A DNA stretch of 64,000 nt. Source: Piedraia hortae CBS 480.64. Its lineage: Eukaryota. The number at the start of each line of letters is the position of its first letter. Positions within the stretch are counted from its first letter, which is position 1. The notes below the pieces were generated by a model. That model saw only the letters and a program-made list of their open reading frames with translations, was not told the DNA's origin and ran no database searches. Positions 60,640 through 64,000 of the stretch are shown piece by piece. The translations under genes were made by a program, and so were the position numbers. Location: NCBI GenBank assembly GCA_010093745.1, contig MU005991.1, positions 1 through 64,000 of the forward strand, written 5' to 3'.

Positions 60640-60776
60640 GACTATAGATTGCTACTGTCATCAACATCTACGATGTAAACAATGCGACCAAAAGGGTTTA
60701 GCGTGGCGCGTCTGTAAGCCAACCCACAAAATCTGATATACAACCATAGCGTAGGAACTAAGCATATAGTAGGATA

Positions 60777-61789
60777 ATGGTAAGCAGCCTATAGACTCCA
60801 TAGCCCCCCCTAAGCGCATACAGACTCCGCACCGCTTTCTCACTTCCCATCCCAAACATGACACTTCACCACCCGCACCAAAGTTCCAGAAACCCTCCAA
60901 CAAACGAAGCGCATCACCCCCATCAACACAAAATGCGCGGTTATTCCAAAAGCGAGCGGTTGAAGAGACAGTTCCGCAGCCACCACCCTTTCTCAGATCG
61001 ACACAACCAAAACGACTGTCTGAGCAATTCACTTCAACACCCAGGTTCGCAAGCAATAAGGAGGAGAAACGAGAAGTCGTAAATGCATTCCGCACATCGA
61101 CTCAGGCTGAGGGTGTTGATGAAGACGCGGAAATGCTCCTAACAACCACACCCCTACACACCACCCTCCCCTTCTCCCCGAAACGACCTAGGCTGGCTTT
61201 CGAGGACGACATCTCACCCATCCACAGATCCGTGTCTCCCACCCAAGAAACGGTCTCAGACGAACTCATCTCCCCCAAACCCTACCCCCCACAGACTCCC
61301 ATCCCGTTCCACCTCCAGCCATCGCAATCATCAAGGGCGCTATTCAAACACACCGAGTCAACCCACCCAGAACCGTCCTCGAGGGTATTGTTTAAACCAC
61401 CCTCCCACCCTCCCCCTCCACCAATCACAGACGCCTTCTCGCCCCGGAAGAGGGGCAGATTGGTGCCGGGGGGGATGGCAGCTACTGTGCAGACTTTCAT
61501 CCTCGACGCACCATACCACTCTCACGAGGAGGTTGTGTTCAAAGTAAGGCAGGTGGAAAGGGGACCACCGCATTTTATTCGGACGATGGACGGGCGAGGG
61601 GTTTTGTTGGTTGCTGGGAGGGTTGAAATTGGAGATTGGGTGGAATTAAAACCGCCAACGTGGGATGTTGAGGTTAATGGGGAGGGGTGGATTGTGGGGG
61701 TGGAGTATACTATTCAGGGGGGGAAGATGACCATCGTGGATGGATATAGAATTCCGGAAGGACGTGAGATTCACAATGGGGAAAGATGA
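60777..61789 (+). CDS. Conserved fungal hypothetical protein; first coding exon is ATG only (intron 60780-60823)
   Basis: The frame of ORF 61133-61789 is open back to 60824. ATG|GTAAGC..CAG gives M-TPHRFL; later QFTSTPRF, FSPRKRG and PGGMAATV. Confidence 0.65.
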
Positions 61790-62085
61790 TGCTTGGGATG
61801 ATTTCTTACTGAGATGTGGGGGGCAGGATGCCAAGCCGCCAAGCCACCCCACCGCAAAAAACGGGGCCAACACATCCCAACTCAAGTAAGTATACTCTAA
61901 CAAAACCTCACATTGAGAAAAGAGGTCTGCCATTTGCACAACCAAACCCATCAAACTCACCAGTGCCCAACGCACCACCCATCGGTCAACAATGGAATCA
62001 AAAACATTACCTATCTAACTCCTAAAAAGCCTTGCAAAGCAGGTCTACTCCCACGCCATCCCTACTCCCCCCTTTCCTCTTCTGT

Positions 62086-64000
62086 CTACCCAGCAACCCT
62101 CTTCCTGCCCTCCCCCCACCCCACCACAACCCCTGGCTTCGCATACGCACAGTACCTATCCCTAATCGCAACAACCTCATACGTCCCCTCCAACCCCGCC
62201 TTGACTCTAAGTATCTCCCCCTCCGAAACCTCCTGTCTCATATCAAGCACAGCCCCCTTCTTCCCTCCCCTCTCCGTATTCCCCGATCTCGTATACACAA
62301 ACTCAAACGGCGGGGTACCCGCAAACTCAAACAAAATCTCTGTTTCCCCGCCTTCATGCAGATCCACGTATCCCTCCCTCCCATGCGAGACCCTCACTGA
62401 AGGCATACCATGAATAACCCTCGAAATATTAACTTTCGCTTCGCAATTCGACGCTGCGTCCGCAATCGCGGTGATAGTCAATACTCCCGGCTTCTCCGCT
62501 AGTCGGCGGAACGTAGCGCCCTTCGCGACCGCTTTCCTTTCACTATTCTGGAAGGTGTAGAAGATATTAAACGGCGCTGTGCCCGACAGGGCGAAATTTA
62601 TACGTTCGCCAACGCAGTATTCCGATTTAGTGTCGAATGGTGTGATGGTAGGCGCATCGTGGACTGAGATCTGCACCCTCGACGTCGCACTATCTAAGAG
62701 TCGGCTGCAGCCGTTAGAGTCGCTTACTCTTCGAAGCGAGAGCGACGACCTCCCCAGCTGGAGCCGACTATGCGGGATTCTAATCTCATGTTCCGTACTT
62801 GGAATATTCGGAATTCGGATCAACTCCGGCCGGCCGAGCTGGTGGTGGCGGATTTCGAGTTCGAGGGTGAATGGAGGTTGACCGTAGAGTTGGATAGGGA
62901 TGACTTCTTCGCCGGAGGCTTCGTCGGTGCAGTAAGAGTATGATTTGCCGGGGTGGAGGAATGAGGCTGAGGGACGGGCATTGACGCGTTGGGTGATTTT
63001 TAAGGGGGAGAAATGCTTCGCATTGTGGTCGTAATTGGAGTCTTCGAGGGAGTCGAGGTGATAGGTGTAGAGGCCGGATTGGGCGGTGTCCATGCGGAGG
63101 GAGGCGGAGTGTAACGAGGCGCGGAGACTGCGTTTTTTGGGAGCGATCGCTCCGCGGTCGAGTTTGGTGTGTTGCGTGTAGGAGAGTTGGAAGGGGGGTG
63201 TGCCGGTAAAGAGGACCTCGGCGCTGTCGTCCTCACCCTCGCAGATGTCGGATTTGGAGTAGGTATGGCCGCTTCGCTCGGGGAGGTCGGAGATGCGGAC
63301 TGTGGGGCGGGTGATCCAGTTAATGTCGAAGTTTTGGGCGGGGGTGTCGACGATGCCCGGGCAGACGGAGTCGTGGACTTCGAGGAGTTGGTAGGTGCCC
63401 GCTTTGTCGACTCTGATGCGATGATTGGGCTGGGTGGCTTGGACGGTGTGCTCTTGACCCGTTGGGTCGGCGTATTTGATTGTCCAGGGACCCTCGCCTA
63501 CCAGACGAAGCGGAAGTTCGACATTCTTGTCCTCGAGCGTGTCAATTGCCCGCTTGCCTTCGAGCTGACCGAAGCCAACCTTGGGCTTCTGATGTCGGAC
63601 GTACAGTCGGCTCTGTTCTTGCAGAAACTCGCTACAGCCCATGCCATCTGTAATGGACTTCAAGGCGAGAATGTATTCGCCGCCATCGTGCAGTGTCGGC
63701 GTATCAATCTGCACGCGAGGACTCGTCTGATTCTTCATCCTAAATTCCTCCCTCTTGCCGTTATGTATGAGCTCGTAATCTAGCGTAAACGGACCCTCAC
63801 CGTGGAGGGAGACATCAAACTGGGCCGCTTCGTCAATGCAAGCAACCTTTGGATGTGAAGCACTGATAGACGCCGACGCAGCCGGCTTGACATTTTGCGT
63901 CAGCCGCTGGCCGGAAATCCTCTGTGCTTTGTAGACTGCATCGCTGACTTCGACAAAGTCGTACGTGTATTCACCCGCCTCTCTTGGTGTCAGTTCGATC
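62086..64000 (-). CDS. POM152: Nuclear pore membrane protein Pom152, C-terminal part (runs off the window)
   Basis: Repeated Ig-like units (GEGPWTIKY, GTPPFQLSY, GQPPFTLE, YCVGERI, GTAPFNIFY, GTPPFEFVYTRS) ending GTYEVVAIRDRYC. Confidence 0.92.
   Translation of the reverse strand, partial: IELTPREAGEYTYDFVEVSDAVYKAQRISGQRLTQNVKPAASASISASHPKVACIDEAAQFDVSLHGEGPFTLDYELIHNGKREEFRMKNQTSPRVQIDTPTLHDGGEYILALKSITDGMGCSEFLQEQSRLYVRHQKPKVGFGQLEGKRAIDTLEDKNVELPLRLVGEGPWTIKYADPTGQEHTVQATQPNHRIRVDKAGTYQLLEVHDSVCPGIVDTPAQNFDINWITRPTVRISDLPERSGHTYSKSDICEGEDDSAEVLFTGTPPFQLSYTQHTKLDRGAIAPKKRSLRASLHSASLRMDTAQSGLYTYHLDSLEDSNYDHNAKHFSPLKITQRVNARPSASFLHPGKSYSYCTDEASGEEVIPIQLYGQPPFTLELEIRHHQLGRPELIRIPNIPSTEHEIRIPHSRLQLGRSSLSLRRVSDSNGCSRLLDSATSRVQISVHDAPTITPFDTKSEYCVGERINFALSGTAPFNIFYTFQNSERKAVAKGATFRRLAEKPGVLTITAIADAASNCEAKVNISRVIHGMPSVRVSHGREGYVDLHEGGETEILFEFAGTPPFEFVYTRSGNTERGGKKGAVLDMRQEVSEGEILRVKAGLEGTYEVVAIRDRYCAYAKPGVVVGWGEGRKRVAG

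Noticed and set aside
1..64000. tRNA, rRNA, CRISPR arrays or prokaryotic operons
   Set aside because: None recognised by eye; the window is intron-containing fungal DNA. Small ncRNAs could be missed without covariance searches.

Overview
Eukaryotic DNA from a compact filamentous-ascomycete (Pezizomycotina) genome. Most introns are short (about 43-55 nt, GT/GC..CTRAY..YAG), intergenic gaps are tiny, and two convergent gene pairs overlap in coding sequence. Blocks of housekeeping genes (Sec14-like, complex I ESSS, GLE1, SDS23, prenylcysteine oxidase, DHH1, VPS51, KH protein, TGS1, GPCR, MetE-like, DNA ligase I paralog, NSUN methyltransferase, GAR1, VPS4, prefoldin 6, SMC4, POM152) alternate with accessory islands at about 8.3-13.5, 26-33.5, 35.3-37.2, 41.7-52.4 and 54.6-55.9 kb. 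The islands hold decayed hAT, Helitron, copia, LINE and CACTA/CMC-like relics plus duplicated F-box and APH-like kinase genes. The strongest signal is a pair of diverged APH-like kinase paralogs that both carry an in-frame UAG at the same codon, in a 23-nt invariant context, followed by about 140 conserved open codons. This is the pattern expected of programmed stop recoding (A-to-I editing or readthrough). Also notable: a DEAH helicase homolog that has lost its ATPase motifs, a 2.8-kb CACTG-ended transposon with recoverable TIRs and a TA target duplication, and repeated orientation-independent C-rich to G-rich skew flips. All family assignments come from motif recognition, not database searches.
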